Assembly: GCA_025993875.1 (NCBI GenBank)
Contig: JAMQHH010000013.1
Span: 95,744-159,743, forward strand
DNA length: 64,000 nt
Direction of reading: 5' to 3'
Source of the DNA: Candidatus Dojkabacteria bacterium
GTDB taxonomy: Bacteria > Patescibacteriota > Dojkabacteria > J137
Below the pieces are notes generated by a model. The model was not told the origin of the DNA. It searched no databases and saw only the letters and a program-made list of their open reading frames with translations. The translations under genes and the position numbers were made by a program. Shown piece after piece: positions 36,439-45,585 of the stretch; position 1 is the stretch's first letter; each line of letters begins with the position of its first letter.

Positions 36439-36840
36439 ATGATGCCAACAATTTTAATAGTTGAAGATGATTCTGCTTTGCTTAAAGCTCTTGCTTTTAT
36501 TTTTAAAACATCGGGATATAATGTTTTAACAGCCGAAACAGGTGAAAAGGCCCTTAAAATTGCTCTGGCACAAAAACCTCAATTGATAATTTTAGATATT
36601 ATTCTGCCCGGAATAAGGGGAACTGAGGTGTTTAATCGATTAAGAAAAGACCCCTGGGGAAAAGATGTTCCTGTAATAATGCTAACCAACCTCGAACCTG
36701 ATGACGATGTTTTAAGTTCGTGCATTGGACAGGAACCAAAATACTATCTTATAAAATCACAATCCAGCCTTCAAGAAATAAAAGAAAAAACAGAAGAAGT
36801 TTTAAAAATTGGTAAGTACGAATACCTTAAAACCCTATAA
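36439..36840 (+). CDS. Stand-alone response-regulator receiver (CheY-like) domain protein
   Basis: ILIVEDDSALLKALAFIFKTSGYNVLTAETGEKALKIALAQKPQLIILDIILPG. Phospho-acceptor Asp in ILDI. 133 aa, no output domain. Confidence 0.8.
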   Translation: MMPTILIVEDDSALLKALAFIFKTSGYNVLTAETGEKALKIALAQKPQLIILDIILPGIRGTEVFNRLRKDPWGKDVPVIMLTNLEPDDDVLSSCIGQEPKYYLIKSQSSLQEIKEKTEEVLKIGKYEYLKTL

Positions 36841-36842
36841 TA

Positions 36843-38879
36843 TTAGCTTCTTAAAACAGCCCCAAATTCTTCGGATAGCTTTTGTGTAATCTCTGAAACA
36901 ATTAAATCAACTTCTGAATCGGTAAGTGTTTTAACAGGTGAATAAAGTGAAAGGTGAAAAGCTATACCTTTTTTCCCTTGGGGCACGCCCCTGCCTGTAT
37001 AAATATCAAACAATTCAATACTGTTAAACAACTCTCCTGAAATCTGTGTTACTGCCGTTTTGACTTCGTCCCATACTGTTGCATTATTTATGAAAAATGC
37101 CAGATCTCTTACTGCAAGAGGAAATTCGGGGATAGGCTTAAACCTTTTCTGACTTGAATTTTTTAAATCGAATAAACTCAAAATGTCAATTTGGGCAACA
37201 GCAACTGCAACCTTTGCGCCGGCGATATTTAGGGATTCGCTAGAAACTAGACCAATTTCACCTACCTCTTCGATTTTCGCACTGCTTCCATTTTTGTAAA
37301 ATGGTGATAACTTTGCTGGAAGAAACTTTAACAAGCTTTCTTCTATTCCTAGTTTTTTTGCAAGAAATTCCACGGCTCCCTTAACTTTTAAAAAAGCTTT
37401 CTCCGGTGTTTTATTATTAGAGGCTATAACCAAAGTGGATTTCTCTTTTGGTAGATCGGTAGAATTTAATGGAATATAAATATTGGATACTTCAAAAAAA
37501 TCTAACTCCTCTGCCCTTGCTTCATTTTCTGCAAAAGCTTTTAAGGTAGTCGAACCAAGTTCTCTTCTTAAAAATGCAAAATCGGCTGAGATTGGATTAT
37601 CTATTTTAATAACATCATCTTCAGTACAAAAAGACAATTTAAGCTCACGTTCACCTATCATTGAATATGTAAATAATTCCGTAAAGCCTGCGCCAGATAA
37701 AATTTCTCTTATGCTATCTTCGAACTTAAGATCGCTTCCTACGTTGTAAATTGGAATAGTAGTTGCAGGAAGGATGCTTGGAATTTTTTCGTAACCGTAA
37801 ATTCTGGCTATTTCTTCTACAATGTCGTAATCAAATTCAATATCTTTTTCCCGATAGTATGGAACGGTAATATTAAGAAACTCGTCGGTTACATTAACCT
37901 CAAATCCAAGGGCTAACAAAATTGTTTTAATTTCGGGGATAGGGATATCAACTCCCAGCGTTTCTTTTACTAAAGAGTGCTTCATGGTTACACTTTTTTG
38001 GGTTTCTTCAAAATTTTTTATATCTATAACCTCCGATGCCACAACACCACCTGCTTCCTTTAGAATAAGTTCCACTACTCTTTTTAATGTGATCATTGCA
38101 AGTACAGGACTTAGACCTTTTTCAAAAAAGTTTGACGCATCTGTTCTTAAGTCGAGTACCTTTGTAGAAATTTTTCTAATTAGTTCGGCATTAAAGTTTC
38201 CAACCTCAATAAATACATTTTTAGTATTATTGGTAATTTCACATTTAGCTCCACCTTTTATTCCTGCAATGCCTATGGCAGAATTGTTATCTGCAATAAC
38301 TAAAACTTCGTTGGACATTTTAAACTCCTTCCCTCCTAAAACATTTATGCTTTCGTTATTAGATTTCCTCACAATTATTTTGTGATCCGATATTAAATCA
38401 TAGTCGTAAGCATGCACAGGTTGACCATACTCTACCATTACATAATTGGTTATATCTACAATATTGTTTATGGAGTTTAATCCAATTGCCAGTAATCTGT
38501 TTTTTAGCCAAAGAGGCGATTCTTTAACCTCAATTCCTTTTATAACTATGCCAGTAAACCTGCTACATAGCTTTGGCTCTAAAACCTTTACTTCGATTGG
38601 AAGCATATCTTCAGTTTTTAAAGCAGGGATTGAAAATTCTGGTATATCCGCTTTGTTGCCAAAAACTGCGCTGGCTTCGCGTGCAAGCCCAATTACCGAT
38701 GCCATATCGACTCTGTTAGATGTTACTTCGATTTCTAAAACCTCGTCATCTATAAGCTCGTTGTACTTGTATTTTTCAATTGATGGCCCTGTTAAAGAAA
38801 GCTTTTCGGCAAATTCCTTTGCTGTGCAGTTAAGTTCTATATATTCTTTTATCCATTTAAAGGGTATTTTTATATCCAT
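36843..38879 (-). CDS. pheT: Phenylalanyl-tRNA synthetase beta subunit (short form)
   Basis: 678 aa. B3/B4 and B5 domain-like regions. Immediately downstream of pheS with a 1-nt gap. Confidence 0.8.
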   Translation of the reverse strand: MDIKIPFKWIKEYIELNCTAKEFAEKLSLTGPSIEKYKYNELIDDEVLEIEVTSNRVDMASVIGLAREASAVFGNKADIPEFSIPALKTEDMLPIEVKVLEPKLCSRFTGIVIKGIEVKESPLWLKNRLLAIGLNSINNIVDITNYVMVEYGQPVHAYDYDLISDHKIIVRKSNNESINVLGGKEFKMSNEVLVIADNNSAIGIAGIKGGAKCEITNNTKNVFIEVGNFNAELIRKISTKVLDLRTDASNFFEKGLSPVLAMITLKRVVELILKEAGGVVASEVIDIKNFEETQKSVTMKHSLVKETLGVDIPIPEIKTILLALGFEVNVTDEFLNITVPYYREKDIEFDYDIVEEIARIYGYEKIPSILPATTIPIYNVGSDLKFEDSIREILSGAGFTELFTYSMIGERELKLSFCTEDDVIKIDNPISADFAFLRRELGSTTLKAFAENEARAEELDFFEVSNIYIPLNSTDLPKEKSTLVIASNNKTPEKAFLKVKGAVEFLAKKLGIEESLLKFLPAKLSPFYKNGSSAKIEEVGEIGLVSSESLNIAGAKVAVAVAQIDILSLFDLKNSSQKRFKPIPEFPLAVRDLAFFINNATVWDEVKTAVTQISGELFNSIELFDIYTGRGVPQGKKGIAFHLSLYSPVKTLTDSEVDLIVSEITQKLSEEFGAVLRS

Positions 38880-38880
38880 C

Positions 38881-39906
38881 TTAAAATTGCTTTAAAAATC
38901 TAATGTCGTTTTGATATAAAATTCTTATATCGTCTATCTGAATTCCTTTTTGAACGATTTTGTTTCTCTCTACTCCCCATCCAAACGCAAATCCCGAATA
39001 TACTTTAGGATCAATTCCACCTGCCTCTAGTACTTTGGGATGCACCATTCCTGCCCCTCCAATTTCTAGCCAACCGTTTTTACCTATTTTGCTTCCATCG
39101 GGTAAAGAAACGTCAACTTCAAAGCTTGGCTCGGTAAATCGAAAATTGTAAGGTCTTATTCTTACTTTTCTATCGGGACCAAAAAATTCTTTAACAAAAT
39201 AATCCAGCACTCCTTTTAAATGAGCAATTGTTATCCCTTTATCGATTAGTAAACCTTCAAACTGGTGAAACATAGGAGTATGAGAAATATCGATCTGCCT
39301 TCGATATGTTTTGGAGATGTTAATCATCCTAATAGGCATTCTTCCTGTTTGCATCTCCCTTACCTGCCCCGATGAGGTATGTGGCGTTAAAACTCTTTTA
39401 CCTAATTTGGGATCTTGCTCAGTTTTATCTATAAAAAAGGTTTCCCAGTCATCTCTTGCCGGGTGGTTAAGTGGAAAATTTAACGAGGTAAATGCGTACC
39501 AGTCCCAATCTACTTCGGGATATCGAACTTTATAAAATCCGATTTTTTCGAATATTTTTGTTATCTCTTTTATTGCCTGTGTTGTAAGGTGCAAATGCCC
39601 CTCTGAAAACTTGTCGCCGGGTAAGCTAACGTCTAAAACTTCGGCATTTTCGGGAGTAGCATTTAATTTTTGATTAACTAAACTTTCAATTTTTGTTCTG
39701 GTTTCGTTTGCTGCTTTACCCGCTTCCCCCCTTTCTTCCGGTCTAAGCTCTACAATAGATCTTAAGAGGGCTGTAAGTTCGGACTTTCTGCCTAAAAACT
39801 TATTTTTAATATCAGAAACTTCGGTTTTTTCGTTTGCAGCTGTTAAAAAATTTGTACACTCCTGTTCAATTGCTAAAAGTTTGTTTAAGTATTCAGCTAG
39901 ATTCAT
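38881..39906 (-). CDS. pheS: Phenylalanyl-tRNA synthetase alpha subunit
   Basis: Class II motifs HPARDDWETFFI, FRFTEPSFEVDV, GWLEIGGAGMVHPKVL, AFGWGVERN. Confidence 0.9.
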   Translation of the reverse strand: MNLAEYLNKLLAIEQECTNFLTAANEKTEVSDIKNKFLGRKSELTALLRSIVELRPEERGEAGKAANETRTKIESLVNQKLNATPENAEVLDVSLPGDKFSEGHLHLTTQAIKEITKIFEKIGFYKVRYPEVDWDWYAFTSLNFPLNHPARDDWETFFIDKTEQDPKLGKRVLTPHTSSGQVREMQTGRMPIRMINISKTYRRQIDISHTPMFHQFEGLLIDKGITIAHLKGVLDYFVKEFFGPDRKVRIRPYNFRFTEPSFEVDVSLPDGSKIGKNGWLEIGGAGMVHPKVLEAGGIDPKVYSGFAFGWGVERNKIVQKGIQIDDIRILYQNDIRFLKQF

Positions 39907-39909
39907 AAT

Positions 39910-40950
39910 TTATTCAACAAAAACAATAAAAGGTTTTATTAATTTAAAAAATCTCTCTGTTATTTTAACACTCTTACTTAATTTTTTCTTTTCTTCTTGC
40001 GACCCATATATTATAACCAAATTTGTGTTTCCCGGGCTGTTTTTTATCTCTCTAGCAAGATTTTCCAAAAATTCTCTATTGGTGTTACCTGTTATATCTA
40101 TTAAAATTTCCATCTCTTCTATTTCGGCAAGAGACAAAGCTTCAATTTCGGTTATATTCAGCTTCTTTTTTATCTTTTCGATATCTTCCTCGGCGGCCAA
40201 AGTTTCGGGGTAAATTTCATTTTCAACTAAAAGTTTTCTAATCTCAATATTATTATGAATATGTTCGGCTTTAATTTTATCTTTTCCCATAAAAGATTTC
40301 TCCTTCGTTTTGTAGGTTGTCATCTCGGTTGCAAGCTGTTTGGCGGTAAGCGCAATTGTTGGTAATACATCTGCCAGGGGTTTACTTGGGTCAAGTTTAT
40401 ACTTTTCTTTTAGTTCGCGTGTTCTGGTTTTAAAAAGTGCCTCATCTCCACTGGAACGAATTTCTGCGATTCCTTTATTATCTACTTTATGTTCACTTAG
40501 AACGCCCGAAAAAACTTTTTCAGCTTCTCTTAACCTTTCGCGCGCTTTTATTCTTTCCATATTTTTTTCGTACTCCTCTTTAAGCTCCTGTTTTCGAGTT
40601 TGTGTCGCAAAATAGGATTGTGCCAGGGCAATTTCTTGTTTTGCAGGATCACCGTTTTGAGCTATAAGGTAGCACGCGTAGCGGGATAAAACGTAATCTT
40701 TTAGTTTAAGTTCTATTTCACCATGACGGTTTTTGCTTTTCTTGATTTTGTGAGAATGCGCAAAAGCTAGGGAAGATTCAAAGGCACTATTATCCGATGC
40801 CTTTTTTGCTTTGTGGATAAGTTTATCAAACTCACGCCACCCTTTGTAGCCAAGGACATTCATAAGTTCCCTTGCACTCCAGAACTCGTTTCCTTCTTTA
40901 TCAATATGCTTAATTTCTTCCAAACGGTTTGAGGTAGTTTTTATGGTCAT
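39910..40950 (-). CDS. Bro-N/DinD-like (DNA-damage-inducible protein D family) N-terminal domain fused to a long charged coiled-coil region
   Basis: N-terminus ..EEIKHIDKEGNEFWSARELMNVLGYKGWREFDKLIHKAKKA.. closely resembles DinD/Bro-N family openers. 346 aa. Ends 3 nt before pheS. Confidence 0.45.
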   Translation of the reverse strand: MTIKTTSNRLEEIKHIDKEGNEFWSARELMNVLGYKGWREFDKLIHKAKKASDNSAFESSLAFAHSHKIKKSKNRHGEIELKLKDYVLSRYACYLIAQNGDPAKQEIALAQSYFATQTRKQELKEEYEKNMERIKARERLREAEKVFSGVLSEHKVDNKGIAEIRSSGDEALFKTRTRELKEKYKLDPSKPLADVLPTIALTAKQLATEMTTYKTKEKSFMGKDKIKAEHIHNNIEIRKLLVENEIYPETLAAEEDIEKIKKKLNITEIEALSLAEIEEMEILIDITGNTNREFLENLAREIKNSPGNTNLVIIYGSQEEKKKLSKSVKITERFFKLIKPFIVFVE

Positions 40951-41001
40951 AAGGTATTATACTTTAGTTTTTAGTATTGTGGAGATTAAAAAGTAGTGCT
41001 T

Positions 41002-41562
41002 TTACAGGCTGAAAGAAATAATGGTAATCCATATACCTGTTAGAAAAATATATGTGAGTTGTGCTAAGGCAAATGGAGTAATAAAAGCTGCTCCAAGAAT
41101 TACAATAATAATCTGACAGACCCCAAGAAATAAAAGAAATAGCCCGATAGGTTTTCTTTTCTCGATAATCAGAGACCATCCAACAATTGCAATTCCTATT
41201 GCTCCAAATAAAAAATATATAGCAGCTCCAATCCAGTGAATCTCTCTCGATATATTGGATGGCACCAGCGTTAAAGTTATTAATCCTAGAGCACTTAAAA
41301 AAAAGGTTACTAACATTAAAAATTCCAGACTTATCTTTACTTTTTTTAAGAAGAAGAAGAGAAAGATAAAATATAATATGGCAGATAAAACCAAAAATGT
41401 TGAGAAGATTCCTGTTGTTTCGGGGTTTGCTCCAAAATCGCTTAAAACAAATTTAGCATTTTTTGTAATTTCGGGAGCTACAATAAAGCATAGAAATATA
41501 CCGGTAATTCCTATAAAGTATGCCAATAAGCCGGTAATGTTAAGTAGTTTTAGATTCCTCAT
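41002..41562 (-). CDS. Hypothetical polytopic membrane protein
   Basis: 186 aa, 5-6 hydrophobic helices. Confidence 0.3.
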   Translation of the reverse strand: MRNLKLLNITGLLAYFIGITGIFLCFIVAPEITKNAKFVLSDFGANPETTGIFSTFLVLSAILYFIFLFFFLKKVKISLEFLMLVTFFLSALGLITLTLVPSNISREIHWIGAAIYFLFGAIGIAIVGWSLIIEKRKPIGLFLLFLGVCQIIIVILGAAFITPFALAQLTYIFLTGIWITIISFSL

Positions 41563-41576
41563 ATTTCCTGATCTGT

Positions 41577-41750
41577 TTAACTAAATTTTCCTGGACTCAT
41601 TATTGCCATTTTGGCCTTGGTAAAAAATTTCTTAAAAGTTACACTATAATGGTAACCATTCTCAAATTCGAATGTAATTGTTCTTTTTATGTAGTTAATT
41701 TCGTAATCCGGAAGTAATGCTTCAAATTTGGTTACTTCCAAATATAGCAT
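41577..41750 (-). CDS. Possible 57-aa small ORF (MLYLEVTKFEALLPDYEINYIKRTITFEFENGYHYSVTFKKFFTKAKMAIMSPGKFS), not in ORF track
   Basis: Manual translation. Sits between two minus-strand genes. Confidence 0.2.
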   Translation of the reverse strand: MLYLEVTKFEALLPDYEINYIKRTITFEFENGYHYSVTFKKFFTKAKMAIMSPGKFS

Positions 41751-41798
41751 AATTTTTGCTACAAACTTTTACAATTTTATCAAAGTTTTAAAGCAAGT

Positions 41799-42341
41799 TT
41801 AATTTTCGAGGGCAAATTCCTGGAGCTTTTGCATTGCCTCTTCGTAGGTACTTATGGCTAAAAGGTGCCTATCTTTTGCTAAAAATCTTACAATCTCGTT
41901 TATAACTCTTTTAAGCCTTCTAGAATTTTCGGGCAAAATTATTACCATTCCGCCAGAAGTTATAAAACTGGCAGATTCTTTTTGTAAGGCTGCTTTTCTT
42001 ATTATTTGAATATCGGGCACAAAGCGAACACCTTTTCTGAGGTCTAGTATGGTTAAAGTCATTGCGGTTTCTTTTGATATTTTTGGGTTGTTTGCTTTTA
42101 TATCGTCCAATATTATATTCATAACTGTAAAAATATCTTTATGAGAGAGAATTTTGATTGAATCGAGGGAGATGATTGTTACCAAAAATATCTGTTTCGA
42201 AGGATGCGAGATTTCCTGGGTAATGTTGTACTTATAGAATAATTTTCCTTTATTTCTAAAAAGCTTAAATCCATCCTTTATAAGAACACTCTCTTGGTTC
42301 ATATTGCTGGCAATGTAAAAATTTACGTTAACTTGGGACAA
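41799..42341 (-). CDS. Hypothetical cytoplasmic protein, immediately downstream of the sensor kinase
   Basis: 180 aa, no motif recognised. Confidence 0.3.
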   Translation of the reverse strand: MSQVNVNFYIASNMNQESVLIKDGFKLFRNKGKLFYKYNITQEISHPSKQIFLVTIISLDSIKILSHKDIFTVMNIILDDIKANNPKISKETAMTLTILDLRKGVRFVPDIQIIRKAALQKESASFITSGGMVIILPENSRRLKRVINEIVRFLAKDRHLLAISTYEEAMQKLQEFALEN

Positions 42342-42496
42342 TGAATTTTAGATGATTAATGTAAAAATGACAAGGATTTTTGGCAGGTAATAAAACTACC
42401 TTTAACTAGGTATATAGTAATGGAAAATTCTCATCAGCAATTGTCAAAAATAAATGACTTAATTTATAGGATTTGGTTGCAAGACAATACTTTAGT

Positions 42497-44728
42497 CTAG
42501 CTAATTGGGAGTTTAAGTTTAAAGGTAGAGCCTTTATTAACTTCACTGGAGATTTCTATTTTCCCATTCATTAATTTGGCAAGGCCAAAAACAACAAAAA
42601 GACCAATTCCAGTTCCTCCTGGCCGTACAACATTAACTCCGGTTCCAGAACTTCCTAAATACATTCGTGAGCGGAAAAATTTTTTTCCAAGGTTTGGAAT
42701 ATCTTCGGGAGGAATACCCTCTCCTGTATCTATAACACTAAAGATAACATCGTCTCCATCTTGTTCCAGTTTTACTGTAACACTTCCTTCCTTTGTATAC
42801 TTAATGGCGTTATCTATTAAATTAAATAAAATTTCCTGTAGTCTTTCTTTATCGGTATTACAAATAATCGGTTTATCGGGAGTCTCTGCTTTTAGTACTA
42901 AACCCTTTGCAATAGCTATTTCTTCCATGCCTTCGACGCTACTTTTAACAAGTTCATTGCAATCAATCTCGCTTTGTGTAAGTTGTAATCTGTTATTTTC
43001 GATTTTAGTGGAAGATAAAATTGTTTCTAGTATTTTAACCTCTCGCCGTATATTCTCAAGTGATTTTTGAATATATGGTTCTACTGTACCTCTTTCGATT
43101 GATGTTAAGGTTGGGTTATTTTTTAAAAAGAGTTCCAGATAACCAATTTGATTACGGGCAATGCTAAGTGGAGTTCTAAGCTCGTGGCCTAAAATATCCA
43201 TCATATCGCGCTCTTTGCGAAGAGATTCTTCGAGTGTTTTGTTTTTCACTTGAAGTTCGTAGGTTTGCTCCGCAACGGTAGATTGTAGTCTAGTATTGAA
43301 ATCTTTTTCTTCTTTATAAATCTGTATCTGACTTATTACAAGACCTATTATGGAAGCTAAATTTTCTATAAGCGAAAGTTCCTCAGAGGAGTAAGCCATT
43401 CGATCAATTTTTCTATAAAGCAATAAATATCCTAGGTTCTTTTTTCCTACCTTTAGAACCTGAATAATTTCTAAAGATGAATCATATAGCATTTTTATAT
43501 TGTTTGCCGTAGTGGTTTTAAACTTTGGGTTTATTAGCAATTCGGAAAGTGAGATTTGAGAAGACTCTTCAAAAAATAGTTCATTGTTTTTATCCAAAAA
43601 TTCAGAAAGGACACTAAAATCGATAGATGACTCGTCTTGATCCTGAATTAGCTTATTCTGCCCTAAAATATACAAATTAAAGTTGCTTTTATTATTGAAA
43701 TTAATTTGAATAAAATTATCGATAATAGTGCATAAATCTTCGTAGTTCTCCACTTTGCTTATACTTTGAAGAAAATTATCTCTAATGGATTGTGAACTAT
43801 TCCCATAAAGTTTTAATGTTTTTTGCAAATATCGCGTAACACTCTCCCCTATTATATTATTTAGCATTATCACAAAGAAAAGAGCCAGTATTAATCCACT
43901 GATAAGTGCATCGATAGCATAGATACTTCCCCACAGCTTTGTTTGAACAATATAAACTAAATGGAAAGTAAGATAAGAAATTATCGTAACAACAAAGTAG
44001 TAAAAGAATTTACCAAGATATATTTTAAGGCTGGAATACCTATTTCTAGTAAAAATATATCTAGAAGAAATACTAAAAAGCAGTGTTGAGATAAAACCCA
44101 GTAAAGGGGAACTTTTTGGCGATAGTGGAAGAGTATTGGGGATTATAAAATTAAAAATAAGTGCCATAAACGCTGTAGCTATTAAACTCCATGAAAGTAA
44201 AATTAACATTGTTCTTAATGAAACATTTGACGAATTTTTAACCGCACTTCGTATCTTATTAACTAATCTGATCGTTATAAAAATAACCACAATCATGTAC
44301 AGTGATGCAAAAACCAAGTTCGTATTTGCAAAAATCTGGTTGTTTTTGATACTAATCGAAGGCACAAACAAACCTGATAATGTAAGTATAATGATAATGG
44401 CTGCAGTTAGTAGAATTTGTGAATTTTTATTGCCATTACTTTCCTTGTATATTGAGGTTGAAGAAATAAAGAAATAAATCATACTTATGGCAATGGCTAC
44501 AAAAGTGTAGCCAAGTCTTACAGTCCAAAGATTAAGGCTCTCATTAGTTGGAAAATAGTTAATTATTTGAGTAATGCCCCATAAACTTAAAGCTAAATAT
44601 GCTGCAGAGAGAAGAATGTTATCTTTAAAATTTCTTAACCTGCTTGTAAAAGCTTCAGCTCCATAAAACAAATTTAAAATGACCGAAAAAGCAGCCACTA
44701 TTATTATAAGCGAAATGTTTTCTTGCAT
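42497..44728 (-). CDS. Sensor histidine kinase with a large N-terminal polytopic membrane domain
   Basis: About 8 TM in the first 300 aa. H-box ILGHELRTPLSIARNQIGYLE. HATPase_c G-boxes SVIDTGEGIPPEDIPNLGKKFFR...GTGIGLFVVFGLAKLMNGKI. Confidence 0.85.
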   Translation of the reverse strand: MQENISLIIIVAAFSVILNLFYGAEAFTSRLRNFKDNILLSAAYLALSLWGITQIINYFPTNESLNLWTVRLGYTFVAIAISMIYFFISSTSIYKESNGNKNSQILLTAAIIIILTLSGLFVPSISIKNNQIFANTNLVFASLYMIVVIFITIRLVNKIRSAVKNSSNVSLRTMLILLSWSLIATAFMALIFNFIIPNTLPLSPKSSPLLGFISTLLFSISSRYIFTRNRYSSLKIYLGKFFYYFVVTIISYLTFHLVYIVQTKLWGSIYAIDALISGLILALFFVIMLNNIIGESVTRYLQKTLKLYGNSSQSIRDNFLQSISKVENYEDLCTIIDNFIQINFNNKSNFNLYILGQNKLIQDQDESSIDFSVLSEFLDKNNELFFEESSQISLSELLINPKFKTTTANNIKMLYDSSLEIIQVLKVGKKNLGYLLLYRKIDRMAYSSEELSLIENLASIIGLVISQIQIYKEEKDFNTRLQSTVAEQTYELQVKNKTLEESLRKERDMMDILGHELRTPLSIARNQIGYLELFLKNNPTLTSIERGTVEPYIQKSLENIRREVKILETILSSTKIENNRLQLTQSEIDCNELVKSSVEGMEEIAIAKGLVLKAETPDKPIICNTDKERLQEILFNLIDNAIKYTKEGSVTVKLEQDGDDVIFSVIDTGEGIPPEDIPNLGKKFFRSRMYLGSSGTGVNVVRPGGTGIGLFVVFGLAKLMNGKIEISSEVNKGSTFKLKLPIS

Positions 44729-44747
44729 ATCAATTAAGAAGTTTTAA

Positions 44748-45584
44748 CTATTTATTAATGATTGGAATAACCTCTTCTAAAGCTTCTAGTTCTAAAACAT
44801 GGTTTCCTTCTACATTATACACACTATATCTGCCGGGAATAGAATATTTTTCAATAAAATTTATGGTTTTAACTGGATCTAACAGATTGTCTTTCTTGCC
44901 TATAACGTATATCAATCTATTTTGCTTGCAGAGCATTGGTAATTTATTTTTAATGTGAGCTTTACTATTAAAAAAGCTATAAAAGTGTTTAGTTGTCCAA
45001 TATTTTTGGCTCATTACCATTCCTTTAACTACATAAGGAATAGTAATATTTTCGCGAGAATTTTTCCCAACAATGTTAGCCCATTTGGTTTTTACAAAAC
45101 TGCTGGACACTATTTTGGTATAAACTGATTTGTTCGAAAAACGTTCTAGCAAATCAATGAATTTGAATACAACATAAAGAATAAAATCGATAGGCGTTTT
45201 AAGTAGTTGTGGAGAAAACAAATAAATTGTTCGTTCTTGTTGTGCAAACAAATCCGGATTCGATGCAATGAATACAGTGCTAGCTGATGTTCCAATAACT
45301 TTGGTAACTTTATGCTTTTCTAATATTGCTTTAACAAATTCAATTTGTAATTTTTTAAACTGTTGTAAGGTTTCTTTTGCTGGTTTGACTTTATTATCTC
45401 CAGTACCCAGGTAGTCAAAAATTAAATAATTTTGTCCAGACTTTTCTATTAATGGATAAAAAATTTCCTTAAAAGACTGCCACCCTACAATAACTAAAAT
45501 ATATTCTGCAGAGTTATTGTTTGTTAATTCTACATATTTGTGGACAATGCCACAAACATTTAATTCCCTATTATATATTGCCAT
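44748..45584 (-). CDS. Hypothetical protein, possibly an alpha/beta-hydrolase-fold protein
   Basis: 278 aa. A GxSxS-like elbow VIGTSASTVF and C-terminal EGNHVLELE. Weak. Confidence 0.3.
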   Translation of the reverse strand: MAIYNRELNVCGIVHKYVELTNNNSAEYILVIVGWQSFKEIFYPLIEKSGQNYLIFDYLGTGDNKVKPAKETLQQFKKLQIEFVKAILEKHKVTKVIGTSASTVFIASNPDLFAQQERTIYLFSPQLLKTPIDFILYVVFKFIDLLERFSNKSVYTKIVSSSFVKTKWANIVGKNSRENITIPYVVKGMVMSQKYWTTKHFYSFFNSKAHIKNKLPMLCKQNRLIYVIGKKDNLLDPVKTINFIEKYSIPGRYSVYNVEGNHVLELEALEEVIPIINK

Positions 45585-45585
45585 G

